The notes under the pieces are model-generated. The model had not been told where the DNA came from and did no database searches. It saw nothing but the letters and a program-made list of their open reading frames with translations. A DNA stretch of 64,000 nt from Laetmonice hystrix (taxonomy: Eukaryota): assembly GCA_965235115.1 (NCBI GenBank), contig OZ249440.1, positions 32,924,001 to 32,988,000 on the forward strand. The letters run 5' to 3'. This document shows positions 26,101 to 39,376 of this stretch, piece after piece; the first letter of the stretch is position 1, and each line of letters starts with the position of its first letter. A program made the position numbers and the translations under genes.

Positions 26101-28423
26101 AGCTACATGATACTATGGCGCCGTTCAAGCCCTTCCTCAGCCCGTGTTGCCGGTTCTCGTGGTCCGATGAGCTTGAGAGGGCGTTCCAGGCGTCTAAGGC
26201 CGCCATCGTCGCAGCAATCCGGCAGGGCGTGGAGATCTTCGACATGAAGAGACGCACGTGCCTTCGCCCTGACTGGTCAAGGCGTGGAGTCGGCTACTTC
26301 CGGCTCCAGCAACACTGCAGCTGCTCCTCTGGTGTCCCGGATTGTTGTCCCGGAGGATGGCGGATCACTCTGGCGGGCTCGCGGTTCCTGTCCGCTGCGG
26401 AGCAGCGTTACGCGACCATTGAGGGGGAGGCCCTGGCCGTGGCTTGGGGCCTGGAACAGACTCGATACTTTACACAGGGTTGCGACAACCTGCTGGTGGT
26501 GACGGATCACAAACCCTTGGTCAAAGTTTTCGGTGCCCGTACGTTGGATGAGATCACCAACTCCCGACTGTTTCGCCTGAAACACTGTTTCGCCTGAAAC
26601 AGCGCACCCTCCCGTGGCGGTTCGACAGCCACATGCCCGGCCATCTGGCTCCGCAGACGACACCCCCCTTGGGTCATCGGGCCTCCACGACATGATTGAG
26701 TCGGCCCTGATGGCGTCCGTCCGCAGTGATGCCCAGGATGTCGGGATTATCTCCTGGTCCCTGCTCGAGCGGGAGAAGTGTTCGTTGAGGAGGGGGCCCC
26801 AGACCTGGACCGCACCGACCCCGCCCTCGCCCGTTTATGGCCCATTCGTGAGTTCTTATACGTCCAGCAGGGTGTGCTCATGTACCAGGACCGTGTTGTG
26901 GTTCCACCGGCTCTCCGACGTGGTGTCCTGCAGCACCTCCACGCAGCCCACCAAGGGATTTCGGCGATGGAGCAGCGCGCCCGCGCCACGATCTATTGGC
27001 CCAGGATGTCGGGGGACATTCGCGCCACCAGGGAGGGCTGCGCGGACTGTAACAGGAATGCGCCGTCACAGGCCGCCACACCCCCACTGCATGCCCCACC
27101 GCCATCGACCCCTTTCGAGGCTGTGCTTGCCGACTTCTTTGACTACAGGGGCTGCCACTATCTGGTGGTGGGGGACCGCCTTTCCGGCTAGCTGGGTCGA
27201 GGTGTTTGGATCACCATCCGGTACTGGCCTCGCGGGAGTGGCCGGCCTGATCCGCCACCTCCGTTCCTTCTTTGCGACATTTGGTGTGCCCGGGGATCTC
27301 TCCAGCGATGGCGGGCCCGAGTTCACTGCGGGCTGTACAGAGGCCTTTCTTGGGCGTTGGGGCGTATGTCACCGCATCTCCTCTGCCTACTTCGCCCAGT
27401 CCAACGGTAGGGCTGAGGTGGCGGTCAAGACTGCTAAGCACCTCCTTATATCGAATACAGGCGCGACGGGCAGCCTGGACCACGACCGGTTCCTGCACGC
27501 CATGCTGCAGCTTTGTAACACCCCTGACCCGGACTGCGACGTCTCACCCGCACATGTGGTGTTTGGGCGACCGCTGCGTGACTCCTTCGTCAACCGGTTG
27601 GAGAAGTTCTCCAACCCCCATGTCCGCCCCCTTTGGCGCCAGGCGTGGACCGCGAAGGAGGAGGCCCTCCGTACACGGATGACTCGCACGATCGAGTCCC
27701 CGTGGGAGCACTCCCGTCCTCTGCGCCCGCTGGCCGTTGGCGAGAGCGTGTTCCTCCAGAATCAGCAGGGTGCCAGTCCGACTAAGTGGGACAGATCGGG
27801 CGTCGTGGTCGCCTGGGCACGACCAGTATCGTGTCAAGGTGGATGGATCGGGACGCCTCACACTGCGCACACTGCGCCACCCCCGACCGGGCTATAGGGC
27901 AGTGGCCCCTGCACACCCAACCTTTGCCCGGCCCAGCCACGCCCCCTGTGTGTGCTTCTCCCGCCGTGGATGCGACCCCGCCGCCCGCCCTGGTGGACCC
28001 GACCCCTGCTAGTGACGACCCCGCCGACGGCATGTCCTCGGGGGGCCCCCCGGATGGACCCCACACCAGCTGTAGCTCCTCCCGTGCCACGGGGTTCGTC
28101 CCCGGGTTTGCCGTTGCCCCATCCGCTACCCCCCCGACCCGCCGCGAGTGCCGGCCGCTGCGGTACTTTGAGCCCGAGACGGGCCGGTGGATCGACCATT
28201 AACAGTTACTTTTGGAGCCCTGAGTACTTTGGATGCTGAGTACTGTACTGTACTGACTCATGAACGCTGTCATGACTATCTCACCGCTTCATGAACGGGG
28301 ACATTACTAGGTTACCATTTCACGTTGGTTTTACTTTCATGACGATGTGTGCATCGTCCGCTGTACCATCTCGATTATAAAGTTGATTTTAAAGTTTGAA
28401 ACAGTGTTTGAGGAGTTTCTTCA
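23170..28423 (+). mobile_element. Degenerate Gypsy/Ty3 LTR retrotransposon
   Basis: 190-bp TG...CA LTRs at 23170-23359 and 28234-28423 (3 substitutions seen); 5-bp TSD CCCAC (23165-23169, 28424-28428). Confidence 0.95.
23548..28202 (+). pseudogene. Gypsy gag-pol fragments
   Basis: Gag: F.ARVRGKAETC.F, DVLLNGI.D.DIRRE. RT: DAWNGYHSVPL, TTFITPFGR, APQG, CVDD. RNase H: DWS, YATIEGEALA, TDHKPL. Integrase: HAAHQG..YWP..CADC, SSDGGPEF, SNGRAE. Many frameshifts and deletions. Confidence 0.92.
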
Positions 28424-29815
28424 CCCACGTCCCGGGCTCGCAGTCACAGCCTCGGAGGCTGGCTCGGCTCAGCGACTGCAGACCCTCAACAACAGTTGTC
28501 AACTTGCACACATATATATCTGATCTAGGCCTAGGCTATGATCTAGCATGGCTATGCCTATGCCAAAGGGAAAAATCAATATCTAGATTCTATAGGCTAC
28601 CTATAGTTCGTTTATTTAGGACCAGAATATATGGAGGGAAGAAGACTAATTCCAGAAAAACAGGGCGGGGCCCGCCTTGGGCGCGCAGTGTCTATGCCAC
28701 ACAGCCAGGCATGAGTGCCAGCCTTGCGAGTCAGTGCCCGGTTCGGGTTAGCGAGGATTAGCTACCACGGTGCCACTCTCTAAATAGCCTAGACAACAAC
28801 CTACTGCTGTAATTACCTACCTTAGTACCTAGACGTGTTAATGAACTAAAGGGGATACTAACAGTTTGTTACAGCAGGCACAGGTTCATTGATCAATTTG
28901 ATCAAGTCAAGATCAAGCCATTCAACTTCGAGGGCTTCGTCTTTGACGTTCTCATGATCCGATTCTGCTGAGTCTGAGAACTCTAGTCTGGTTTAACTCA
29001 ATATAGATTAGGCCTATGGCTCAACAACATTTCCTAGATCTAAACCTAGGCTTGCATCGGATTCCCCATCCCCACTAATAGTAACGTATCTCATCAGAAG
29101 CTATCGGTCTTCTCCGCAGATCTAGATGCCATATTGGACATGTTGCCGAGGCCTGCACATGTTGACGTCATCGGTCACGTGACTCAATTTCTGGCATTGG
29201 GCCATTTGCTTCGGGATGATACAGTGCAGGTGAACGAAAACGGGCTTTTTAATATAAAACAGGCGCAAAACGGACACAAAATTGGATGGTTTAGTAATCT
29301 ACATTTATATTACTTTTCAATTCTTTAAAGTAGTAATTCAGATCCTTGTAACCCTTTAATGAAAACAGGTTGGTTTATTAATAAGTTGAGAATATTGTTA
29401 AATTCATTAGAAACTGAACGTTTGTTATGCATTTAAGTTGTGATGTCCTGTTTTTGTTTTAAGCAGGACAGTTGCTTTAAATGTGGAGAGAGGGGCCATT
29501 GGGCTAATGAATGTCTCAATCAGAATGCCAGGTGGGGAAACGGGCCACCACCAGGTCAGGCCTAGGCAGTCGCCTGGTGGTAGACAAGAGTAGTAATTTT
29601 CCTAGGCAAGTGAGAATATTACAGGGGACCGAAGTGAGGCCAGGTCCCGGGGAAAAAGCAGGTGGCAAGGTACTACAAGCATCTGGGGAAGGGAGAGACC
29701 AGGTGGATAATTTAATGGAAGGGGTGAATTTTAGAAGCCAGGCGAGTTCCCTAGAGAGGCCACTCTGTGGAGTCAGGGATCAGACCACATCAGAGAATAA
29801 GACGATGGCAGAGGG

Positions 29816-32800
29816 GTGTCAAAATTTATTGTGAGAGACGGAATGGCTCAGGTAGGGCCAGGAAAATTTTCCCAGTCAGATGTGGCTAATGGGCATGCAG
29901 CTAGCACAGCTAGTGATTGTTCAGTTAAGACTAAAAGTAGTTTTAACAGTAATGGTAGTGTGAGGACCACTGGGAACAACCCTAGTGATTGTTCAGTTAA
30001 GACTAAGGGTAGTTTTAGTGGTAATGGTAGTGTCAGGACCATTGAAGACAACCACAGTGATTGCTCAGTCGAGAGTAGTTTTACTGGTAATGGTGTAGGT
30101 TTGGACAGTCTGGGTGGCTGGCCACAGGGAGAGACCGTGGCAGGGCCCAGGACTGGGATCCAACAAGTTCCCTGCGAGGAAGCTGAAGTGCAGGCCATAG
30201 GCAGGCCGTGCTATAAAATAGAGGATGAGGGCCAGGTTTTGAGAGTAAAGGTGGCCGGTCAGTATATGTCATTGCTTGTGGACACAGGCAGCCAGGTATC
30301 AGTACTCGCATCGCGAGTGTATGCAAAACTGCCACTGTCCTGTCAAAGTATGACAGGGACGAGGGCGTCGCTCAGGGCAGTTAATGGGTCTCCGTTTCCC
30401 GTGGAGGGAAGAGTCTCACTGCCACTCGAGGTCAGTGGGAACTATGAGGCTAGTTCTGAGATATTCCTAGTTGCAGAGCTGGGGCAGTCTTTTGAGGTTG
30501 ATGGCATTTTAGGGGTAGACATTTTGAGGGCCCACAAAGGTCAGATCGAAAATAATCGGGTCAGGCTGGATGGGGCATGGATCCCTGTCTTTGAGGGCGA
30601 TCCCAACAGTGTAGTTTTGGGTGAGGATGTCATATTGGAGCCTGGGTGCGTTTCCTCAATAAAGGTAAAGCTACCCCAAACCTATGGCCAAGGATCCCCA
30701 GTGGGCCTTTTACAGCCACTGGAGGAGTATATGATGGAGCGTCAATTGCTAATAGCACACTGTGGGGTGGATTATACACAGGAGAGTGTGTCTTTGTGCA
30801 CCATCAATATTGGTAGTGAGAGTATACGCCTGTTCAAGGGACAGGAAGTTGGCGTGTTTGAGCCAATTGTCTCTGGTAGCCAGGTGGCTTACTGTAACGG
30901 TGTGAGGGTGGATGATCAGGTTGGGCTACCTGAACACCTTCAAGACATGTATGATCGCAGCTGCATTCATCTGAATGATGAGCAATGTTTAGCACTGAAG
31001 CAGCTGTTGGTTCGTTTCACTGGCATGTTGCGGGAATTAGAGGAGTCGGAGATAAAAAGAATGTTAAAGCAGGGCGTTATTTCTCCTTCCTCAGGGCCAT
31101 GGGCCTCACCCACGATCCTTGTTACTAAGAAAGATGGCAAAACACGGTTTTGCGTGGACTATAGGGAATTAAACAGAGTGACCGTCAAAGATGCGTATCC
31201 TCTGCCACGTGTCGAGGACTGCATTGATAATCTAGAGGGGGCGGAATCGTTTTGCACAATGGACGTTCAAAGTGGCTACTGGCAGGTAGAAATTGATCCT
31301 AAGGATAAGGAGAAGACTGCCTTTTGCACGAGAACGGGGCTTTACCAATTTAACGTCCTACCCTTCGGGTTGACCAATGCGCCAGCGACCTTCGAAAGGT
31401 TGATGGAGACTGTCTTGAGGGGCCTTCAGTGGTCTGAATGCCTCCTGTTCCTCGATGACGTGATCGCGTTCGGGTGGGGGTTTGATTTAACCTTGACCCG
31501 TTTAGAGCATGTGTTGGATCGGCTTATGAAAGCTGGGTTAAAACTAAAACCAAAGAAATATGCCTTCTTTCAGAGGGAAGTAGAATTCCTGGCTCATATT
31601 GTGAGTTCAGAGGGAATAAAAACCCAACCAAGTAAAGTTGAGTGTGTGCACAGTTGGCCCACTCCACAATGTAGAAAGGAGGTCAGGTCCTTCCTTGGGC
31701 TTGCCGGGTACTACCGGCGGTTCATCAAGGACTTTGCAAAAATTGCAAAACCCCTTACTAACCTGACAAGTGAAAAGGTTGCTTTTCAGTGGAGTACAGA
31801 GTGCGATAAGGCTTTCCTCACTTTAAAAGAGTCCCTAACTACCGCCCCTGTACTTGGCTACCCCCGCTTAGAGGGTCAAATGATAATGGATACCGACGTG
31901 TCCGGTTTTGCGGTGGGGGCAGTGTTAGCACAAGTACAAATGGCCTACCTCAGCAAGGCTTTGGGAGAGGCAGAGCAAAACTACTGTATAACGTGGAAAG
32001 AGTTGTTTGCAGTGGTCACAGCCTGTAAGGCGTGGCATCCTTATATTTACGGTAGGCATGTAATTGTAAGGACAGACAACTCAGCAGTAGCATGGGCTAG
32101 GAGGCTCAAGAAGCCTGTTAATCAGATGGCAAGATGGCTGCAGGAGCTGGGGAACTATGACCTGCAGGAGGTGCATCGGCCAGGCCGCATCCACTGGAAT
32201 GCAGACGCCCTGAGTAGGAGGCCACATGGACCATGTCCACAGTGCTCGCGAGCCGATGGCCCCTGTAGTGTTGTCAGTCCCCAGAGCATCTGTGCAGTGG
32301 TAACCAGGGCACAAGCCCAGCTAGATAACAGCAATCATGCTGGACCTAGTGGTGCTCCCCGTATAGACCCAATCCCTGGCCGTGACCGAGGTTGGTCGCC
32401 AGAGGAGGTTAGGGCGGAGCAGTTGGCAGATGCTGACTTGGCCGGCGTAATGGGGGCAGTGGAGGCTGGAGGCGGTCAGCCAGCCTGGCAAGCTGTAGCT
32501 GGAGAGTCAGAATCGGCTAAGACTATCTATGCCCAATTTAAAAGGTTACAGATAAGAGACGGGCTGCTGTATAGGCGTTGGGAGAGTGATGATGGGACAG
32601 AAGTGAAATGGCAGTTAGTTGTCCCCAAAAGTAGGCAGAAGTTTATTCTGAGTCAAGCCCATGATGCTCCCCTAGGTGGTCACCTAGGTGGGGATAAAAC
32701 CTTGTCAAAAATTCAAGACACGTACTACTGGGTCAATATGCGGCGTGACGTGCGCCGGTATTGCCACCTGTGTAATCAGTGCACTGCACGTAAACCTATA

Positions 32801-33710
32801 CGGCACTATCGGCATGCCCCTATGAGGAATTTTGTAGTGGGTAGCCTCATGGAGAGGGTTACCACAGACATTACTGGTCCACTAGACAGAACCACGTCAG
32901 GCAACAAATACATCTTGGTCGTGACTGATGTATTTACAAAATGGACGGAGGCGTACCCCCTCCGTAACATTGAGGCTAAGACAGTAGCGCGGAAGATAGT
33001 AGAAAAATGGGTTTGCCGATACGGGGCTCCCTGAGTACTCCATAGTGACCAAGGTCGGCAATATGAATCGTCCCTCTTTAGGGAAATGTGTAGGTTGCTA
33101 GGGATCCAGAAAACCCATACTACCGCACTACGTCCTCAGGCCAATGGCCAGGTAGAGAGATTTAATAGAACACTGGGTGCTCTGCTGTCCATCTATGCAC
33201 AGGAGGCCCCAGCTAAGTGGGATAGCCACTTGCCGTTTATACTGGCGGCATACAGTGCTGCAAAGCACGATAGCACGGGTCTAACTCCGAACATGATGGT
33301 GTTTGGGAGGGAAGTAAGTCTCTCTTTGCATTTGGTCACTGGTAATCCCAACCAGGGCCAAATGCCGCCCACCGACCCTTAAGGTTATGTACATGAGCTA
33401 AAGGAAGCTTTTCAGAAGGCCTTTCATTCGGCCCGGCAGTGCCTAAAGAGAGTAGCCAACCTAAGAAAAAAAAGGTATGATGTAGGCACCCGTGAGTGCC
33501 AGTTTACCAGTTTGCCAGTTGCCAGTAGGCCAGGCGGTGTGGCTACATGACCCCACAAAAAATGAGGCTACATGCAAAAAATTACGGAGTAATTGGCATA
33601 AAGGTTGGGTGGTGACGCATGGCTTGGATGACATTACCTATAGAATCCAAAACCACCCAAATGCTAAGCCTCGGGTGGTACACGTTGACAGACTTATAAA
33701 TGCCATATAG
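29816..33710 (+). pseudogene. Gypsy pol: protease, RT, RNase H, integrase
   Basis: Protease: LVDTGSQVS, ILGVD. RT: RFCVDYRELN, YPLPR, LPFGL.NAPATF, FLDDV. RNase H: TDVS, NADALSR. Integrase: H..GGHLG..C..C, DITGP, HSDQG, QANGQVER. Stops at 33032-33034 and 33380-33382, a frameshift ~33470, and apparent in-frame deletions. Confidence 0.95.
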
Positions 33711-33826
33711 GGAAAAGGATTCCACATGGTGGGCGGAGAGGCATGCCACTACCAGGGCAGAGGCAGTGGACCCTGATTAAAGAAAGAAAAAAAGGGAGAA
33801 GGTTTCTGGACCACCATGTAGGAGCA

Positions 33827-34033
33827 GGTGTACAAATATCAAATGTCAGGTCAAACAACCGACTGTATGATAGCTTAGTAAGTCTGTATACATAATAGAC
33901 TATAATATAGCCTCTAGAGTCTAGGAACAGGTGTACAAATATCAAATGTTTGTTGTTCAGGTCAAACAACCGACTGTATAATAGTTTAGTAAGTCTGTAT
34001 AATAGACTATAATATAGTCTCTAGAGTCTAGGA
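33827..34033. repeat. ~100-bp tandem duplication in Gypsy 3' region
   Basis: CAGGTGTACAAATATCAAATG...CTCTAGAGTCTAGGA occurs twice. Confidence 0.85.
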
Positions 34034-34363
34034 GTAGATACGGGAAGCTGAGTAGATAAGTTCACCAGCCTAAGCCCTATAGAGCGTACTGTTTAAACTG
34101 GCCATGCGGTCAGGAATAGTAATTAGCTGTGCGAAAACAAAAGAAAGAAAAATCGTTCGGTGTCGACATCGCAGAAAGCCACTCGCGTTCCTCCGGTCCT
34201 AAGGGCCATCTTGCGTCGATTACATTCAGACGACGCTGGCGCCACTCTAACCTACCCTTGAAGCTATTGTTCAAATTTATAATAAAAAAAAAATAAGTAA
34301 AAAAAAAATAAGTAAAAAAAAAATAAATAAATAAGCAAGGGGATAAATCTATGTGTTTGCAGG

Positions 34364-35518
34364 ATGGATTTGGAAGATCCCCTCGTACTCAATTACGACG
34401 AAACCGGCGTGGAGGCGGCCGGATGGACACCTGCTTGTAACCCCAGGAAGCCACCTTGTTCAAGGATGCCGGCAGCAGAAGCACCAGCAACAGAGCCGGA
34501 GCTGCCGGTACCAGCCAACACCAGTTCAACAACCATCCTGGTTAGCTTTATCCCAGGCATGGTCTGCCCAGCGTGTGTCAGGCCAAGTTCCACCGTAGTG
34601 TTGCAGTTCCAACAGTACCACGCCCTGGCACGCCACTGGAAGGAGCGCCGCCATCTCCCCCAAGTTAGGACCTTCCCCTGCCCTCAGCTGCGGTGCTCAT
34701 TTTATAACGAGCCACCCGCCAGCACGTGTTCATGAGGCACTGTGGCCGGCAGCGGGATGGCCACTACTGGGGTTTGATGCGTGCGGCACGGCCGGGTACA
34801 AGACCCAACCCCCAGTATGTGGATCCATCGCCCTACAGCCTGCCTCACTTCACCCAGGCACCGGGGGCAGAGAAGACGGAGGAGAGACAGATGGCGATGG
34901 AGGAGACGGGAGAGAGGAAGAGGGCAGAGAAGGGGACAGAAGATCAGATGGCAGACAAGGAGAAAGAAGAGCAGCGGATGGCGAAGAAGACAGCAGAGAA
35001 ACAGATGGCGTTCGAGAAGGCAGAAGAGAAGAAGAGGGTGGAGGAAGAGACAGAAGAGCAGATGGTAGTGGTACTGGAGGAGAAGGAAGAGAAGAAGAGG
35101 GCGGAGGAGGAGACAGAAGAACAGATGGTACAGGAGGAGACAGAAGAGCAGAGGATGGCAGCGATAGAAGAGGAGGAGAGGCCCATACCCTGGGAGGAGA
35201 CGGAAGTCAAGGAGAAGAGGAGGAGTGAGCCGGCAAGACTCCTTACAGCTACGATCCCGTCCGGGAAGCAGGAGCTGAGGGAGTTTGTTCAGCGGGGCCG
35301 GCGGATCGTGGATGTCTGGATGGCTGCGGTGTGTGAGGCGGAAAATGGAGGAGGCCAACAGGAGGGAGGCGGACCAAGCCCTACGCGACCAGGTGCGCCA
35401 GTTGGAGTACGAGAGGGGCCGGGTGAAGACCCTGCGGGAACAGCTGGCTGCCCCTGTCTTCGACGACTGTGCCCTTTCCCCCCTGTCCCGTTGCAGTCGG
35501 TCCCGTTTCAGTAGTTAG
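34364..35518 (+). pseudogene. Additional sense ORF downstream of pol: two C2H2-like motifs, a Glu/Lys-rich region and a coiled coil; frameshifted
   Basis: CPAC...HWKERRH and CPQLRC...HVFMRH span a frameshift near 34715. An E/K-rich repeat and a coiled-coil tail (RREADQALRDQVRQLEYERGRVKTLREQL) follow. The ATG sits directly after an acceptor-like TGTTTGCAG|G. Confidence 0.55.
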
Positions 35519-37065
35519 ATGCTCCTTGTTAGGGAGTTGTCTGTAATCTGGGTTTTGTTTTTCTGAGCATGTAGTTGCTCGAAGTACCAGGGAGGGTACC
35601 GTGATTATTAGTGCAGTTGCTGCAAGTACCAGGGAGGGTACCGTGATGTGTAGCAGGAACAGTATTATTATAAGAATGTAGAGCAGAGAAACGGGTAAAC
35701 GAGTGTTGTACCACATTGTCTTTTTGTATTGATCAACAGGTCGTCTACCCACCAGTGCCGTCAGAGTTATTCACATCTCACAAGTTGTAAGTGGCAATGA
35801 TGCAGCAGTAGATCTAACACTAGTAACACGTTAGAAGTTATAGAGGTCACAGCCGGTGACCATGTGGTTTTTGCCTTGTGCAGTAGTAGTGGAGTGGTGT
35901 GCAGTCCTTGCATAAGTAAGTGTAAGGTAAATCCAGAATGTTATATTGTAAGGTAAATCCAGAGTGTTAAGTGCCTTTTCAACATACTCCAGGTTCCAGG
36001 TGTAAGTTGTTGCCATGTTTATAGAATATTTCCAGTTTTCAGGGATTAGGATGGTATGAGCACATGTATGCAGGCTGAGAAGTGCCGCCAAAGATCTATT
36101 AATGATCCCAACTGAAGTGTTCATGACGTGATGGGCAGAGTGAGGCTGACCCAGTTTAAAGTAGTACTGACCCAGTTTTAGTACAGCGGTGTATATGACG
36201 TCACAATGGTGCCTGCGAGGACGGATCTAGGTCAAAGGTCGTAAAGTAGGACTCTAACTGAAGAGGATAGGCCCCCTTTAATAGTAAAGGATAACAGTTG
36301 GGTGTATGTTAAAGCTATATATTAACATTGTTATCTCATGTAAATTTTGATTGTCACTGTTAGATCTTAGATCGTTTAATAGCTCGGGATGAGCTATAAG
36401 TTAGAGGGGGGTATTAAAACCGCCAGGTCAATCAGCTGATCGACTGTACCCGCTGCCGACAGGACCCCGTTTGTTTACATCGGTCGCTATTTAATGTTGT
36501 CGCTATCTAACTTATAAGCCTTCGTGGGCCGTAATCATTTTTATTGTAGGCGGCATCATCAACGTTAACGGGGCCGTTTTTGGATCTTTTAGAGGTGTAC
36601 ATGTTAAGAAACGACTATTTATAGTGTGTTTTTGATCCCTGTTCGCTTAACCAACCGTTACCAACGGTTAGGGGCCTACGGGGACGTGTTCCAGTAGTCC
36701 AAAAGTATTTTCTACACGTTTTCCCTATTTTGTCCAGTCACTACTAGTGACGAGGGTGGCTAGCCTTTTGTTTACCTTTCGTACAATACTTCACTGAGCG
36801 CTAGGTAAGCCAACAAAAATGTCGTTGAAGTTGTTGCAGAATCATTTAAGACTTTGAAATTCCTTTTCCATTTCATTTACGGGAAGTTAAGGCCTATGCC
36901 GACTTTAGCAGCTACTTTTCCATTCCCGTACATTTTTTTTTTGTTGGCGCCGGCTCGTCTGTCAAAAGCCCGTGCGTAGAGTGGGCGTGGCCAAGATGTG
37001 CGATGTTATGTAACATGGGAGTTAATTCATTTGAGTTTTCTTTCACTTTCTATCACTTTCCTATC

Positions 37066-37345
37066 CTAACAAGGCGACCCAGCGTCTCTTTCTCCGTCTG
37101 TAATTTTATTTTTCTCTCATTCTCTTACTCTTATCCGTGGGTTTATGCTTAACAAGGCGACCCAGCGTTGTTCTCCATCTGATTTTATTTTTCTCTCACT
37201 CTCCTATCCGCGGGTTTATGCTTAACAAGGCGACCTGGCGTTTCTCTCCATCTGAACTCTTGTTAATTTTCTCTCACTCCCTTATCCGCGAGTGCCTAAC
37301 AAGGTAAACTCAGCGTTTTTCCTCCGTCGGCGATTTTTATCCAAC
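37066..37345. repeat. ~75-80-bp degenerate tandem repeat, about 4 copies
   Basis: TAACAAGGCGACCCAGCGT...TTATCCG recurs at ~37067, ~37150, ~37223 and ~37297. Confidence 0.8.
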
Positions 37346-38284
37346 TTTAGGCTGTTATCTCTACTTTAGCCGCAGTAGCCACTATTCTAAATTTATTGTT
37401 ATCCGTCTGATCGGTTATGTCATCGGCCGTGTTATCAAGAGTCAACTCATACGTAGCATATGAGTCATAGTCGTAGGGATCTAGTCAGTGACAGCTGTGT
37501 AAGGGGTACCGTCGTCCATTAGGCGCCCCAGGTTAATTATTTAATGCAAAGGAAACTATTTAACTACAGTCAAATGGCAGTTCAGACCTGCGGCATAGGG
37601 GGTACCGTCGTTCGCTAGGTGCCCCAGAGCCAGGGTAGTTAGTTGAATTCAACCCAGGTAGGTTATAAATACTCAGTGCCCACCGTAGAGGGTGAAGGTA
37701 GAGTCAGGTGTTATAGATTCTATGTACATGGGTTATGAGGTCTCAGCCTCAGGTAGCATTTCCAGTCTACATTAGACTACAGTACTAGGTATATCATCGA
37801 CCAACTGTATATATCGGGTGGATAAAAAAAAACGCCCCGAACTTTACACTCCAATATTTCAAAAAGTATTGATTGTAATTCAATGAAATTTTTCTTACTA
37901 TCACTTCATGATGTTGTCTCTTAGTTGTTAATGTTACAACTCAATAGCTTGGATAATATTTCTGTAGCGCTAAAAACATTGTACAAAAGCGCAATGCCAG
38001 GCTAAAGCGAGTGGTATTCGCACCAGAGTCCCTGGCCTCACACTAGAGTAGGTGGTCAATCGGTCCCCCGTTTTCACTTCATACTGCTCTCAGTCTCTTT
38101 TTACATGCGCCAATGCACTTTCTGATCTCTGATAGGGAATTATCTTCCCATTATTGGGAAATAAGCAGCGTTCTGAACGTGTTTCTAAACGTGATAATGA
38201 TACGATTTCCCTTAAACTTCTGGTTACAGTCATATCGTCCTAATGTTGCAGTTTCTCTGTAGGGTTTTGCAAATTAAACATCTG

Positions 38285-38391
38285 GGGTGCGTTTCACAAC
38301 AATCGTAACCCTGCTGTGCGTAAAACTTCCCATTGAAAATACATTGGTGTTTACGATACGACAAGCTTACGACAGGTTGTGAAACGCACCC
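38285..38391. mobile_element. 107-bp Harbinger-type MITE
   Basis: 16-bp perfect TIR GGGTGCGTTTCACAAC; 3-bp TSD CTG. Confidence 0.88.
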
Positions 38392-39376
38392 CTGGGTTTC
38401 TCTAGAAGTACTAGGAATAGCACTTAATTATCCCATCCCCTATCCAGGGGATGGGATCTAGAAATTGTGTGGTTTCGTCTTCCCTATTATTATCCCATCC
38501 CCCCCATGGGGGATGGGATTTTATAGTTGTATGGTTTCGTCTTCCGTATTATTATTATCCCATCCCCCCCATGGGGGATGGGATTTTATAGTTGTATGGT
38601 TTCGTCTTCCGTATTATTATCCCATCCCCCCCATGGGGGATGGGATTTTAAAATTGTATGGTTTCGTCTTCTGTATTATTATTATTATTCCCGGTGTTGT
38701 AGGTGTTGGCTTTGCACGTGTATCTCAGTCATTTATAAAGATATCCTAATGAAACTTGGTAGGCACATTCACAGTGGTAGAGAGAATGGACCTGTAGAAG
38801 GATGACGTCATATGACGTCACGTCATGACGTCATGACGTAATTTTTCTTTTGCAAAAAACTCAATTTTTGAGGTCATGCATAAGAGTTTCTAGAAACGTT
38901 TCATACCACAGTAATTGACCAATACACCCCTCTACTTTTTCTAATTATTTTGACCATTGACCTTTGACCTAATTAAAAAGTAGGTCATAGTTCGAAAAAT
39001 GCTTAAATCCTAACTCCTTCCTCAGTTTTTGTGAAAGTTTCATAATTTTTAGCAGACTGTGTCTCTAGGGGGAGCTTTACATGAAACATCAAAGGATAAG
39101 GGCTATGACCTAATTTGACCTAGATACGTCACCTTAAACTTTCGAAATTTTGCAACTTTGAAACAAAATTGTGTGAGTAGTATATGGAATGGAGAGTTTT
39201 GGCACAGGCTATAGTCTCTTTCAACCAGTGTCAGAAGCAATGCCTTTTTAACTTGCTCATATCTAACTGCGAACAGTCAGGACATCTAGTGGCTGATATT
39301 TTCTCTCGAATTCAATGTTAAATTGATCAATTTAGGTCCGTCATTTTTCGATAATTATGCATGTATGACGCAAATT

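Larger units (their letters stand above)
29462..37781 (+). mobile_element. 5'-truncated Gypsy/Ty3 LTR retrotransposon with an extra 3' ORF; 3' boundary approximate
   Basis: Begins at a Gag zinc knuckle CFKCGERGHWANEC (~29470-29515), followed by pol, an extra ORF and a PPT-like AGAGGGGGGTA (36403-36413). A presumptive ~1.4-kb 3' LTR follows. No 5' LTR is present to confirm the ends. Confidence 0.75.

Noticed and set aside
37808..37990. Tc1/mariner-like terminal sequence after TATA
   Set aside because: Only one end is present, with no transposase remnant.
38428..38690. Stacked palindromic ~62-bp units resembling a CRISPR array
   Set aside because: The inter-hairpin sequences are near-identical rather than unique spacers, there are no cas genes, and the context is eukaryotic. 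They are better explained as element 5' heads.
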